A stretch of 64,000 bases of DNA. Origin: Candidatus Omnitrophota bacterium (GTDB lineage: Bacteria; Omnitrophota; Gorgyraeia; 2-01-FULL-45-10). Below, piece after piece: positions 47,291-57,039 of the stretch (its first letter is position 1; the number at the start of each line of letters is the position of its first letter). The notes under the pieces are model-generated. The model saw only the letters and a program-made list of their open reading frames with translations. It was not told where the DNA came from and did no database searches. The stretch is taken from positions 172,078 through 236,077 of the forward strand of contig JAPLME010000006.1 of the NCBI GenBank assembly GCA_026387175.1, written 5' to 3'. A program made the translations under genes and the position numbers.

Positions 47291-48619
47291 TCATAACCCT
47301 TTTGGTTTGGCAGGCCGTTTTCGCCATGCTATAGATATGACCTGGCTCAATATATCATCGATCGTAATAATGCCGTGCATAATCTTATTTTCATCTATCA
47401 CAGGTATAGCCGATACCTTGTACTTGTCCATAAAATACGCTATCTCTTTTGCGCTGTTATTCAGATATACATGGAGAGTCTGCTGAAAAGCCGTTTTCGA
47501 GATTTGATCCTTTGGGTCGGCAAATAAGAGCCTTCTGATAGTTGTGACGCCTTTCAAGTGGTTCTTCTCGTCTACAATATATATGTACGGCACCGTATCG
47601 TAATCTTTTGTATTCACCCTTATGTGTTCAATGGCGCTCTCGACCGGCGTAGTCTCCGGAAGAGATACAAATTCTGTCGTCATCAGGCCGCCCGCAGAAT
47701 CGCCGGAATAACCCAATAGGGTCGAGAGTTTCTTGGCGCGCGACGATTCGACTAGAGGCAATAGATTATTCACAATCCTGGGAGACAACCGCTCCAACAT
47801 ATCCGTAGCCTCATCGGTGGACATATTGCTCACTATCTGGGCCGCTTCTTTTTTATCGAGTTCTTTAAGCATGATATTCTGCTCTTCAAATTCAAGATTT
47901 TCAAATATCTTCGCCTTGGTCCTGACATCGAGCATTCTGAAAAGCGCCATCCTCTGGTTCGGGTTAAGGTCGAATATTATATCTCCGAGATCGACCGCCG
48001 GTATAGAGAGGATCTGCTTTTCCGACACGGACAGCTTCATGGTCATGCTGGCGGGATTTATCGATACCGGCTGCACGTATTTCCAGGAGATCAAGTCTGT
48101 CTCCTTAAGATATCTGGAGTTTTTATTCGCCAGTTTCACAAAAAAATCTATAAGCCTGTCCCAACCCAGCCTTCTAAATAACCCCCTAACACCTATATCG
48201 ACATGCGCTATTACCAGATCATGCTCAACCTTCAGGAGGTGAATATCATTGACGCGGCGCACCTTATGGTTAAACGTATCGACCACTTGCTGGTCCAGAA
48301 TATCGCGCTTTAACAGGAACTCGTAATCTTTTATCTCCGGCGAGAATTTCACATCATCTTTTTTTACGCTGAGCGTTATCTCTTTCGCCACCGATCCTAT
48401 ATTTGCCCATGGTATGCACCCATAGAGCCGGTTCACCGTACCTCTATATACTATAAGCTCTTCGGCTTTAGGGTAGATCTCCCCAATCTTTGAGCTGATG
48501 TCCCACACTCTGCCTATGTATGAGCCGTCAAATGCCGTGACATCCTTTTTCAGAAGGTCTGAAAAATTCACGAACATCTCCGCGGCCCGTATCTTCGCTT
48601 CGTTCAGGTCATTTATCAT
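47291..48619 (-). CDS. Soluble MgtE N-domain + CBS protein with PRC-barrel-like N-terminus
   Basis: DILDQQVVD...RVND, MSTDEATD, SAGGLMTTEF, CBS pair; no TM domain. Confidence 0.85.
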   Translation of the reverse strand: MINDLNEAKIRAAEMFVNFSDLLKKDVTAFDGSYIGRVWDISSKIGEIYPKAEELIVYRGTVNRLYGCIPWANIGSVAKEITLSVKKDDVKFSPEIKDYEFLLKRDILDQQVVDTFNHKVRRVNDIHLLKVEHDLVIAHVDIGVRGLFRRLGWDRLIDFFVKLANKNSRYLKETDLISWKYVQPVSINPASMTMKLSVSEKQILSIPAVDLGDIIFDLNPNQRMALFRMLDVRTKAKIFENLEFEEQNIMLKELDKKEAAQIVSNMSTDEATDMLERLSPRIVNNLLPLVESSRAKKLSTLLGYSGDSAGGLMTTEFVSLPETTPVESAIEHIRVNTKDYDTVPYIYIVDEKNHLKGVTTIRRLLFADPKDQISKTAFQQTLHVYLNNSAKEIAYFMDKYKVSAIPVIDENKIMHGIITIDDILSQVISIAWRKRPAKPKGL

Positions 48620-48626
48620 ATATTAC

Positions 48627-49049
48627 CTAATTCTTGACTGCCGCTACACTGACTTTCTGTATATTCAGCTCATTTATCACATCAAGCGCCTTTACCACAT
48701 TATTGAACCTGGCAGAACCGTCCACCTTCAAAACAACGCCAATGCTGTTATTCTCTTTCAATTTTGCCTCAAGAGCCGATTTAATATCGGAATCTTTAAC
48801 CTTATCTTCATTTATAAAATAATCACCATCTTTAGTGATAGTGAGCATGACCTTTTCGAATCCCTCCAGCGCTACTGCGGTGGATGCTTTCGGCAGTTTC
48901 ACCTCTATTTTCGACATCTTTACGGGATTGAACGTGTAGATCAGGCTGAAGGAGATAAAGAAAAAGATGAACATATTCATAACAATGTCCGTCATCGCGA
49001 CGGACTCGAGCGCTACAAGATAATCTTTTTTGCCTTTTATCGCGATCAT
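48627..49049 (-). CDS. exbD: ExbD/TolR family protein
   Basis: MTDIVMNMFIFF TM with conserved Asp, VKLPKA, VVKALD. Confidence 0.85.
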   Translation of the reverse strand: MIAIKGKKDYLVALESVAMTDIVMNMFIFFFISFSLIYTFNPVKMSKIEVKLPKASTAVALEGFEKVMLTITKDGDYFINEDKVKDSDIKSALEAKLKENNSIGVVLKVDGSARFNNVVKALDVINELNIQKVSVAAVKN

Positions 49050-49663
49050 GTCGGGCGCTTCGCTTCGGCGATCGCCTCAACCAGCCGCATCGAGGAATCA
49101 CTCAGCTCGTATGAGATATATTTTATTCTTGAGATTATGAAATTGCATATGAGGTAAAACGGCACGGCTATGATGAGCCCGGCCGCCGTCGTTATCATAG
49201 CTTCATATATGCCCGCGGCCAGCTGGGATACGGTTATGTTGGAGCCGGCCTTCTCCCAGCTCACGAACGCTTTTATGAGGCCCGTTATCGTGCCCAGAAA
49301 TCCGAGAAGCGGCTCAATCCCTATTATCGATATCAGCCCGCCTATATATTTTTCGAGGCCGTTCACCTGAGCATTCCCAGCCCTTTCAAGCGTTTTCTCG
49401 ATCTCATGGGAGGCGAGGCCCCTCTTTTCGATGCCGGCCTTCAGGGTAACGGCTAACGGATACCGTATATTGTCCGAACAGAATCTAGCCGCGTCATCGA
49501 AACGTCCGGCGCGGACTTTAGCGATAACATCCTCCGTGAACTTTCCGGCGTCCATCCTGATCGCAAACAGCTGCCAGAGCTTATATATTATTATCGCAAG
49601 GCCGAGTATCGAGCCGAATATTATCGGTATCATAACCGGCCCGCCTTTTATTATCCAGATCAT
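49046..49663 (-). CDS. exbB: MotA/TolQ/ExbB proton channel
   Basis: GGPVMIP, PLLGFLGTITG, EAMITTAAGL. Confidence 0.88.
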   Translation of the reverse strand: MIWIIKGGPVMIPIIFGSILGLAIIIYKLWQLFAIRMDAGKFTEDVIAKVRAGRFDDAARFCSDNIRYPLAVTLKAGIEKRGLASHEIEKTLERAGNAQVNGLEKYIGGLISIIGIEPLLGFLGTITGLIKAFVSWEKAGSNITVSQLAAGIYEAMITTAAGLIIAVPFYLICNFIISRIKYISYELSDSSMRLVEAIAEAKRPT

Positions 49664-50310
49664 TTAGTCCCCTTATCGAATATCGCCTGGACAAGCATTA
49701 CCAATCCTATCAGCGATATTACTATTCCGCTTACTTTGGGCATGAGATGCTCGACTTTCTCGCCGAACTTGTGTTTTACGAATGTCAATATGCCGCCTAT
49801 CGCGAAAGCGAACGGCAGAAGCGATATCATCGTCCCAAAACTGAATGACGCCACAAGAAGCCCGCCGGCAAGCGCGCTCTTCGTCGACGCGGCCATAACG
49901 AGTATTGCCATCTCTATCGGGCACGGGGGCAGCCCTCTTATTATCCCGAATACGAGCATTGAAAGATCACCTTTAGCGGCGTTTAAACCTTTGGCATAGC
50001 AGTGCGATTCAAGCTTATGCGTATGGCTGAAGACCAACAGGCCGAACGCTACGGTGAATGAAGCAGACACTATCTCCAGCTGCTTCGAAAACCTGGCAAG
50101 GTACTGGGAGCCTACGTATCCCGCTATCACTCCGAGCGTCGTATCCGCTATCATCATCCCAAAGCCGTATAACATCACAAGAAATACTATTTTTCTCGTG
50201 TTCCTGCCTATTATTGTCGCATAAATACTCGCGACAGCCTTGTCTTCGCATGGTTCAAGCACATGCAGCAGGCCTATGATGAATGCCGATGTCAGCGTAA
50301 CGTCATTCAT
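49660..50310 (-). CDS. Six-TM NicO/UreH/DsbD_2-like membrane protein (possible Ni/Co transporter)
   Basis: GLLHVLEPCEDK, HTH loop, GLPPCP, FSFGT. Confidence 0.6.
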   Translation of the reverse strand: MNDVTLTSAFIIGLLHVLEPCEDKAVASIYATIIGRNTRKIVFLVMLYGFGMMIADTTLGVIAGYVGSQYLARFSKQLEIVSASFTVAFGLLVFSHTHKLESHCYAKGLNAAKGDLSMLVFGIIRGLPPCPIEMAILVMAASTKSALAGGLLVASFSFGTMISLLPFAFAIGGILTFVKHKFGEKVEHLMPKVSGIVISLIGLVMLVQAIFDKGTK

Positions 50311-50313
50311 TAT

Positions 50314-50913
50314 TTAACCGGTTTTTTGGGAAGAGAAATACAGTATAGCATCCAGGATACCTTTGCGCATCATCATCACCGCTATCGCGGCAAGTAAAAG
50401 ATGCGCGATCTTTGACACGGCCTTGGAACCAGCTTTCCCCAGGACTTTTGATATAGCGGAGGCATAGGTAAATACGATCCACACTATGATCAGGTTCACA
50501 ACAAAAGATGAAATGGTAAAGAGCATACCGTACGAGTCGAGCATGATAACCATCGTGGTAAGCACCGCCGGGCCGGTAATTAAAGGGGTGCCTATCGGGA
50601 CCGCGCCCATGGTATCCGTTGACAGCCGGCGAAATTTCTCATGCTGGAGTAGGTCGCGGAGCGCTATGGCCAGGAGAACAAGCCCGCCGGCGATCTTAAA
50701 ATCGAATACCATGACCCCGAGTATCATGAATATCCACTTGCCTAAAAACAGAAATACTATACCTATCGCGAACGCGGTTATAATGGACTGATTGATGATA
50801 TTCCGCTTGTCTTTATTCTTCAGGTGCTCGGTAAACCCGATATACATCGGAAGTATACCGAGAGCGTCCATCGCGACGAATATAGGTATAAATGACAGAA
50901 GAAATAACCGCAT
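50314..50913 (-). CDS. MarC family membrane protein
   Basis: DALG..P, FKIAGG, VPIGTPLITGP, LLAAIAV. Confidence 0.9.
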   Translation of the reverse strand: MRLFLLSFIPIFVAMDALGILPMYIGFTEHLKNKDKRNIINQSIITAFAIGIVFLFLGKWIFMILGVMVFDFKIAGGLVLLAIALRDLLQHEKFRRLSTDTMGAVPIGTPLITGPAVLTTMVIMLDSYGMLFTISSFVVNLIIVWIVFTYASAISKVLGKAGSKAVSKIAHLLLAAIAVMMMRKGILDAILYFSSQKTG

Positions 50914-50995
50914 ATCAGGGCCCTTTATATAATAATTATATCAAATTATATCATATAGCGACATAAAGACAAGGAAATTGGTATTTATAAAACAA

Positions 50996-51024
50996 TAAGG
51001 CCGGGCTTTTATAGTCCGGCCTTA
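50996..51024 (-). terminator. Intrinsic terminator after the DUF2934 gene
   Basis: TAAGGCCGG...CCGGCCTTA hairpin followed by TTGTTTT on minus. Confidence 0.75.
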
Positions 51025-51059
51025 CTAAATTTTGTAAAACTGTTAAGATCCCCGTCAGA

Positions 51060-51242
51060 TTATCTGGAGAGCTTCCCCTTTATGATTCTCTCTGCCTCCA
51101 GCCAGTCCTCTAACGAATGACCGCTCTTGCGGCCTCTCTTCTCGTAAAGCTCATAGGCTTTTTTCGCTATCAGCGAACTTATATCTTCCTTCGACATCGT
51201 CGGATTGGAAGACTTCCCGAGCTTGAAAGTCGTTTTTGCCAT
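51060..51242 (-). CDS. DUF2934 small protein
   Basis: IAKKAYELYEKRG....EDWLEAE; GGGGG RBS. Confidence 0.88.
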   Translation of the reverse strand: MAKTTFKLGKSSNPTMSKEDISSLIAKKAYELYEKRGRKSGHSLEDWLEAERIIKGKLSR

Positions 51243-51278
51243 GATCTGTTCCCCCCTTTCATATAATTTGTCGAGGTT

Positions 51279-51307
51279 ATTATACCTATTCAGCGGCCCT
51301 TATGCAA
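51279..51307 (-). promoter_or_regulatory. Putative promoter for the DUF2934 gene
   Basis: TTGCAT, 17 nt, TATAAT. Confidence 0.55.
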
Positions 51308-52961
51308 TAGAAATTTTCAAAAAATCCGGGATGGGTTTTTTCAGAAGCTTATATATATTCTTCAGATGGGTCCTATACAGTTTATCGAACGGATTGTCAT
51401 TGCCGGCATGGGCCTTACCGGCGTACCACCAGTTCCAGTCGCTTCCTTCGGCTATATACAGCTCGCGCCAGGCATCCACTATACTGGCGCCGTCCAATTT
51501 GGAGTTATTTTCAGCCTCTTTTGTGAATTTCATAAGATCCCTTCTCACTTTATTAAGGTAGTCCCACGACAGATTATCCTGTTCCTGCCCTATCCAGACA
51601 TCAAAGTTATGGTTTATCCACGATCCGGGAAATATCTTATTGATTGACCTCTTAGGGCTTTCTATATCCAGGAAACCGCTCACTGTAGTAGACCCGACCA
51701 GTTCCTGTTTATCAAGGTTGGCATAGAGCGTCTCAAAGAACAGCCTGCCATTGTCATCAAAATACTCCCATGCGTTCTCACCGTCCATAACTATGGTCAA
51801 CAACCCCCTGTCGGTATCGCGGCGCATCTCGTGGCCTATATTGTTGCAGTGGTTTATCAGGTCCCAGGCCGCCTCATCCTGGTTCCATGAGTTATAGTTG
51901 AAACTTATCATATCGGAGAGGTTCTTGTCCCTGAAGATCATCGCGATATTGCGCGAGCCGACCTTGTAATTATACGGACGGTATATCATCCGGCGATCAA
52001 ATCCTGATAATCCCTTACATTTTTTATCATACATAGAGAGGCTTTTAAAGAGTATATCCTCGTCGGTAGCCACCCAGTCTATGCCTTTTTTTATAAGGAT
52101 ATTCAGCATCTGGTCCGACACGCTGCCTTCGGACGGCCACATACCTCGGGGAGGAGCGCCAAACTGTTCCGTGTGATATTTTATCGCTTCTTCCACCTGC
52201 CATTCGGCGTCTTCCGGGTGCGAATACTTCTTCGGAAGAGGGTTATGAGGAAGCGAAACTTTCGCGACCGAAGTATCGCATATGAGCGGCAATATCGGAT
52301 GATAGAAAGGCGTGGTCGTGATCTCTATGCGGCCTTCGTCCTGTAATCTTTTATATAGCGGCAGGATCTGGGCCATTATCTCTTTCTGCTTCACCGTTAC
52401 ATATTCTTTATCGCTCTCGGTATAGTCCCGGCCTTTCCTAATGAGATCATTAAGCTGCATATCGTCATCGATAGATATGGAATGGAACCATGCCAGATTA
52501 AAGAGCACCTGCAGGTCCAGGAAGTCTTGTTTTGAAAATGTCCTTACCATCCTCTTAAGGATCGTTCCGGTGAGAGGCTTGACTCCCTTTTTTATTAAAA
52601 GTTCGGAGTATCTCTGATTTGGTTCGATAAACTGTTTGAAGTTGACCTTGAAGAAATTGTTCAGGATATATACTTTGTCTTCAAATGTGAGGAGGCTCGC
52701 CTTCTTTATGGTCAGGTCGAGATATGTGTCCGAGACGTCGTTTTGCACATAGTCGTTTATCTGTTCTATAAGCGATGGGACAAGATTGAATGTCACCTTG
52801 ATATCGTCAAAATTCTCGACGAGCCGGGCCATCGGAAAGTAATCTTTGATGCCGTGAAGCCTGACCCACGGCATAAGGTATTTATCGGTAAGGGGGTCCT
52901 TATAGAAGGGCTGATGCATGTGCCAAAGGAACGCGACCCCTAAGGTCTTATTAATGCTCAT
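51300..52961 (-). CDS. GH57 amylopullulanase-like glycoside hydrolase
   Basis: WHMHQP, HPILPL, WPSEG (nucleophile), DGENAWE (acid/base), AEGSDWNWW. Confidence 0.88.
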   Translation of the reverse strand: MSINKTLGVAFLWHMHQPFYKDPLTDKYLMPWVRLHGIKDYFPMARLVENFDDIKVTFNLVPSLIEQINDYVQNDVSDTYLDLTIKKASLLTFEDKVYILNNFFKVNFKQFIEPNQRYSELLIKKGVKPLTGTILKRMVRTFSKQDFLDLQVLFNLAWFHSISIDDDMQLNDLIRKGRDYTESDKEYVTVKQKEIMAQILPLYKRLQDEGRIEITTTPFYHPILPLICDTSVAKVSLPHNPLPKKYSHPEDAEWQVEEAIKYHTEQFGAPPRGMWPSEGSVSDQMLNILIKKGIDWVATDEDILFKSLSMYDKKCKGLSGFDRRMIYRPYNYKVGSRNIAMIFRDKNLSDMISFNYNSWNQDEAAWDLINHCNNIGHEMRRDTDRGLLTIVMDGENAWEYFDDNGRLFFETLYANLDKQELVGSTTVSGFLDIESPKRSINKIFPGSWINHNFDVWIGQEQDNLSWDYLNKVRRDLMKFTKEAENNSKLDGASIVDAWRELYIAEGSDWNWWYAGKAHAGNDNPFDKLYRTHLKNIYKLLKKPIPDFLKISIA

Positions 52962-52979
52962 TGCCGGCCCTGATATATT

Positions 52980-54569
52980 CTAAGTGCAATAAACCGTATA
53001 GTCCACATTCGGAAATATATTATTCTTCCACTCGAGGCGCTTTAAATACTCTTCATCGAGGGAGCCTGATTTCACATCGTCATATAGATTGGTAAAATTC
53101 TCGGCATGGCCCCTGAAGCGCTCAACGGCATACGAGGAGTGCGAACCCGTCTTTATGATAAACGCCCAATCGCTCGACTGCGCCAGGAGAAGCTCTCTAG
53201 CCATCTGGTTCAGGGCTCTTGCGGCCAGACCCTTAGCGTGCCTGTTGGCATTCGCGATTTCGACCATACGCTCAACCATCTTGTTAAGATGCCTGTATAT
53301 CCAGTCATTGGAACCCTCAAGCCAAAATTCGCTGTAACCTTTATATCCCCAGCTGGAGAATGCCGGCTGCAGCACCTGATAACTCTTATACATCTTCATA
53401 TATTCTCCGGGAGTGGTAAGCGCCACCGTATTCTGGTCATACCGTATCTTCCTGATAAGGAAATCGAGCCACATAGGGCCCTCATACCACCAGTGGCCGT
53501 ATAGCTCCGCGTCATAAGGCGCGACCACTATCGGCTTCCTGTCGCCCATGGAATGCACCAGATGTTCTATCTGTTTCTCGCGGTTAAACATGAAATTGGC
53601 GGCGTGAGAGGATGCTGTATCGCGTGCCGCGTCGGGATTGTAAGGATGCTTATGGTTTGTGGTGCCGGTGATCTTGTAGTACTTAATGCCGGTGTTTATC
53701 CTGACTCCGTCAGCGTTTATATAGGGCCTTATGTAATTGTAGTCGAGATCGAAACCTATATCCCTGTAGAATTCCCTGTAATTATAATCGCCCGGATAAC
53801 CTTCCACCGCGCTCCATACGGACTTCGACGATTCGATATCCCTACCGTACACACCCACGCCGCTCTTTGTGAGATAGCCGCTGAATACTCCAAACCTCGG
53901 TCTGGGAGTACCGAACAATATTCCGTGGTTATCGACGAGAAAATATTTTACACCCTCCCTCTTCAGCGCCTCTTCATCGCCGGGCACATATCCACACTCG
54001 GGAAGCCATATGCCGGCCGTCTTTCTGCCAAACACCTTCTGATACATATCCGTGGCGGTCTTCACCTGGGCCCTCACCGAAGCGGCCCTATCTGCTTCCA
54101 TGAGAGGCAGATAGCCGTGCGTAGCGCAGCAGGTTATGACTTCCAGATTGCCCGTCTCCTGGAAATGCTTGAAGGCATTGACAAGGTTGCGGCCATACTG
54201 ATCAACAAATATACGACGCGCGTCGAGAAAGAGCTGATGATACATATGGGCGAGCCTGTTAAACTGCTCCTCCCACCTGGTCCTCTCTACCTCTTTTTCG
54301 GAAAGCTCTATCAGCTTCTCGATGTGTTTTAGATACTTCTCCTGCAGATGGCCGTCCATCAGCATCGCCATCAGCGTAGGAGAGAGCGATATTGTGAGCT
54401 TGTAACCGATCCCGTCCCTTTCCAGGCCCTGCAGCATCTTTATGAGAGGGATATAGGTTTCGGTAATGGCCTCAAACAGCCAGTCCTCTTCCAGGAAATC
54501 GGTGAACTCGGGGTGACGTACAAAAGGAAGGTGCGCGTGCAATACTATCGCAAGATAACCTTTCGCCAT
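52980..54569 (-). CDS. GH57 1,4-alpha-glucan branching enzyme (DUF1957)
   Basis: HAHLPFV, ETYIPL, HGYLPL, WLPECGY, DAELYGHWWYEG, LLAQSSDW. Confidence 0.92.
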   Translation of the reverse strand: MAKGYLAIVLHAHLPFVRHPEFTDFLEEDWLFEAITETYIPLIKMLQGLERDGIGYKLTISLSPTLMAMLMDGHLQEKYLKHIEKLIELSEKEVERTRWEEQFNRLAHMYHQLFLDARRIFVDQYGRNLVNAFKHFQETGNLEVITCCATHGYLPLMEADRAASVRAQVKTATDMYQKVFGRKTAGIWLPECGYVPGDEEALKREGVKYFLVDNHGILFGTPRPRFGVFSGYLTKSGVGVYGRDIESSKSVWSAVEGYPGDYNYREFYRDIGFDLDYNYIRPYINADGVRINTGIKYYKITGTTNHKHPYNPDAARDTASSHAANFMFNREKQIEHLVHSMGDRKPIVVAPYDAELYGHWWYEGPMWLDFLIRKIRYDQNTVALTTPGEYMKMYKSYQVLQPAFSSWGYKGYSEFWLEGSNDWIYRHLNKMVERMVEIANANRHAKGLAARALNQMARELLLAQSSDWAFIIKTGSHSSYAVERFRGHAENFTNLYDDVKSGSLDEEYLKRLEWKNNIFPNVDYTVYCT

Positions 54570-54575
54570 AAAATA

Positions 54576-55532
54576 TTATTCTGTCTTTCGTGTGACTATC
54601 GGGGTTATACGGCGGGTGTCGATCCCATCATTGGAGGTCGCCTCCACAGGGATCGTCTGCATGCCATCGGGCAGCGCGAATCTCGCGGAGAAGGTGCCGT
54701 CCGGACGAAGCTTTATCGGCTTACCCTGCATAGTTACCTTCGCATCGGGTTCTGTGGCACCATATACAATAAGCTCGCAGTTAACGACAAGCCAGAACTT
54801 TCTCTCGAAACGTTTCTTGAAGACCGAGGCTCCGCTGGACAAAGCGCCTGAGGTGATCTGCTCCTCCAGTTGTCTCCTGACCTGCTCTCTGACCTCAATC
54901 GATCCTTTACCAAGGCCGAATCCCCCGGAGAGCGCGAAGAGCTTCCAGTATTCCTCTTCCGGCATCATCCATTCGGCATCCAGCTGATCCGACATACCGA
55001 ACCTGGGCGTCTTTATAACATTGGAGCGGGCGAGCACATAGAAATCACCCTTCTTTGTAACGATGCCTATATCTACGACCCATGCGCGGTCGGGCTTGCC
55101 TACGTTGATATACCAGCTGTTGGCCAGACCGTTGAGGTCTATATCAAAATAGGTATGGGCGTTTCTGCCATTGAAATGAATATCGGTCACATCGTAAACT
55201 CTCAGGACCGACTTTTGCCTCTGGTCGCCGGCAGATTCTATCCTGCGCAGCACTTCTTCCTCTTTATCCCGACGGATCTCCCAATAAGAAAATATCCACC
55301 ATGGGTCCCTGACGAGAATAACTATCCTGTTATCACCGTAGCCGTGCGGAAAACGGAACTCTTTTCGCTCCCTGATTCTTAGAGGATTTGTCGTTTCTTC
55401 GGTCTTCCCCGCCGGCATAGGGAGGGCTCCCTGATCAAGCCCGAACGTATCGGCTGGCCTGGTTTTCTCCGGCCGAGTTGCCGCGGCTGCGATTCCGGAT
55501 ATCTTTTCCGATTTCTCGCGTTTCTTAGGCAT
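54576..55532 (-). CDS. DUF4912 domain protein
   Basis: RDPWWIFSYWEI, LRVYDVT, LARSN..TP, FWLVVNCELIVYGATEPDA. Confidence 0.9.
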   Translation of the reverse strand: MPKKREKSEKISGIAAAATRPEKTRPADTFGLDQGALPMPAGKTEETTNPLRIRERKEFRFPHGYGDNRIVILVRDPWWIFSYWEIRRDKEEEVLRRIESAGDQRQKSVLRVYDVTDIHFNGRNAHTYFDIDLNGLANSWYINVGKPDRAWVVDIGIVTKKGDFYVLARSNVIKTPRFGMSDQLDAEWMMPEEEYWKLFALSGGFGLGKGSIEVREQVRRQLEEQITSGALSSGASVFKKRFERKFWLVVNCELIVYGATEPDAKVTMQGKPIKLRPDGTFSARFALPDGMQTIPVEATSNDGIDTRRITPIVTRKTE

Positions 55533-55990
55533 TATTGCTCCGGCGGTACATTTGCGGGGAGGGCCGCCTGCGATGAAGCCTCATCGGGTGCGGGGGTCTC
55601 TTCTTTCTCCACCGTCACTACCTTTGCCGTATTCTTCCCGTCTTTTACGACATAGGTCACGTCGACCCAATCGCCTTTTTTAATATCTCCGATAGCGGAA
55701 GCATTCTCCAATTTTGTATCAGGGTTAATAGCGATTGCCGCTGTCTTTTCACTATCGCTGTCATAATCGTAATACTGGACCGACAACGTATTTGCCGACG
55801 CGTCAACGGCCTGGACCTCTCCATATATAGCTATCTCTTTTGTCTGAGGCGTGACATCGGTAATCGGCGCAGGCGCCGCTTGGGCCTCTTGCGCCGGTGC
55901 GTTGCCGGCATCTTGAGAAAACGCGGGAATCACGACCATCGAGACAAGCATGCAGACAGTAAGGTAAACCTTAAGGTGAGACAATTTCAT
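55532..55990 (-). CDS. Exported hypothetical protein (OB-fold-like)
   Basis: Signal peptide (PAFS-Q), YGEVQAVD...IKKGDWVDVTY; AGGAGG RBS. Confidence 0.75.
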   Translation of the reverse strand: MKLSHLKVYLTVCMLVSMVVIPAFSQDAGNAPAQEAQAAPAPITDVTPQTKEIAIYGEVQAVDASANTLSVQYYDYDSDSEKTAAIAINPDTKLENASAIGDIKKGDWVDVTYVVKDGKNTAKVVTVEKEETPAPDEASSQAALPANVPPEQ

Positions 55991-56001
55991 AATCCGATCC
56001 T

Positions 56002-56108
56002 CCTAGTTTATTCAGCCCTATTGTAGGCTAAGTGCCGATATCTCTGATATCGGCCTAGTTTATTAAGCCGTATCGCAAGCCAACTGCCGATGTCCCTGAC
56101 ATCGGCCT
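56002..56108 (-). repeat. Two tandem 52-nt units with hairpins in the 5' leader
   Basis: Units start at 56002 and 56054, 42/52 identical, with a compensatory change in a 9-bp stem. Confidence 0.85.
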
Positions 56109-56135
56109 TTTTGGTTAGAACACCTTCTATACGCA

Positions 56136-56164
56136 CTTATACCAAATATACCGTTAAAAGTCAA
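56136..56164 (-). promoter_or_regulatory. Putative sigma70 promoter for the exported protein-DUF4912-GH57 operon
   Basis: TTGACT (56164-56159), 17 nt, TGn-TATAAG (56141-56136). Confidence 0.65.
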
Positions 56165-56175
56165 GCGCAAGGTGT

Positions 56176-56937
56176 TCAATAAGAGAGCTTGTTGCCGAGC
56201 TTACTGAATATACGCGGGGTTTTAAGCCCGCACTTCCCCACCATATATTTCCATGCCGTCCCAAGCACCTGAAAGCCATAAATTACGCTTCTCGAAAAAT
56301 TAATGGATGAGGATTCCTTTGTATAGCTCGCGGGGCATGTTATCTCTCCCACGCGGTATCCAAAATAGAATGCCTGCAGCAGCATCTGGTTATCAAAAAC
56401 AAAATCGTCTGAATTCTCGAGTAAAGGCAGGCCGGCGAGCACTTCGCGCGAAAAAGCCCGATATCCGGTATGATATTCGGAGAGTTTCTCCATTATCATG
56501 TTATTCTCCAGGAACGTCAGGATCCTGTTCGCGATATATTTATATACCGGCATCCCGCCTTTAATGGCCCTATTACCTAATATCCTTGAGCCCAGCACAA
56601 CATCGAACATGCCGCTGGTTATAAGCGCCGCCATCGGCGTTATGAGTTTGGGAGGATATTGGTAATCCGGATGCAGCATGACCACTACATCGGCTCCGGC
56701 CTTAAGGGCCTGGCTGTAACAGGTCTTCTGGTTGCCGCCGTAACCGAGATTTTTATCGTGAACAAAGACTTTGATCCCGAGCGAATGCGCGAGGCCCACC
56801 GTATTATCGCCGGACTTATCGTCGATGAGCATTATATCGTCTACTATATCTTTCGGGATCTCATCGTATGTCCGCTTCAGTGTCTTCTCGGCGTTATAAG
56901 CGGGCATCACGACCACTATCTTTTTACCGTTCAGCAT
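56176..56937 (-). CDS. GT2 glycosyltransferase (DPM1-like)
   Basis: [39 protein letters not shown]. Confidence 0.9.
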   Translation of the reverse strand: MLNGKKIVVVMPAYNAEKTLKRTYDEIPKDIVDDIMLIDDKSGDNTVGLAHSLGIKVFVHDKNLGYGGNQKTCYSQALKAGADVVVMLHPDYQYPPKLITPMAALITSGMFDVVLGSRILGNRAIKGGMPVYKYIANRILTFLENNMIMEKLSEYHTGYRAFSREVLAGLPLLENSDDFVFDNQMLLQAFYFGYRVGEITCPASYTKESSSINFSRSVIYGFQVLGTAWKYMVGKCGLKTPRIFSKLGNKLSY

Positions 56938-56957
56938 CTGTCAGCCCCTATAATATA

Positions 56958-56989
56958 AGGGGCACGCTCTTTTTACGAAAACGTGCCCC
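56958..56989 (-). terminator. Hairpin after the lipoprotein genes (possible terminator)
   Basis: AGGGGCACG...CGTGCCCCT stem, weak U-tract. Confidence 0.45.
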
Positions 56990-57039
56990 TCGATGATTCG
57001 GTCATATAATAGCTGTAAGGTAACCGCGTGAAAGCCCCT

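Noticed and set aside
53553-54332. 259-aa plus-strand ORF
   Set aside because: Antisense to the GH57 branching enzyme.
56002-56108. CRISPR array or c-di-GMP-I riboswitch interpretation
   Set aside because: Only two units, similar along their whole length (no unique spacer), no cas genes; lacks the GEMM GGCAAA/GAAA/GACGCAAAGC pattern.
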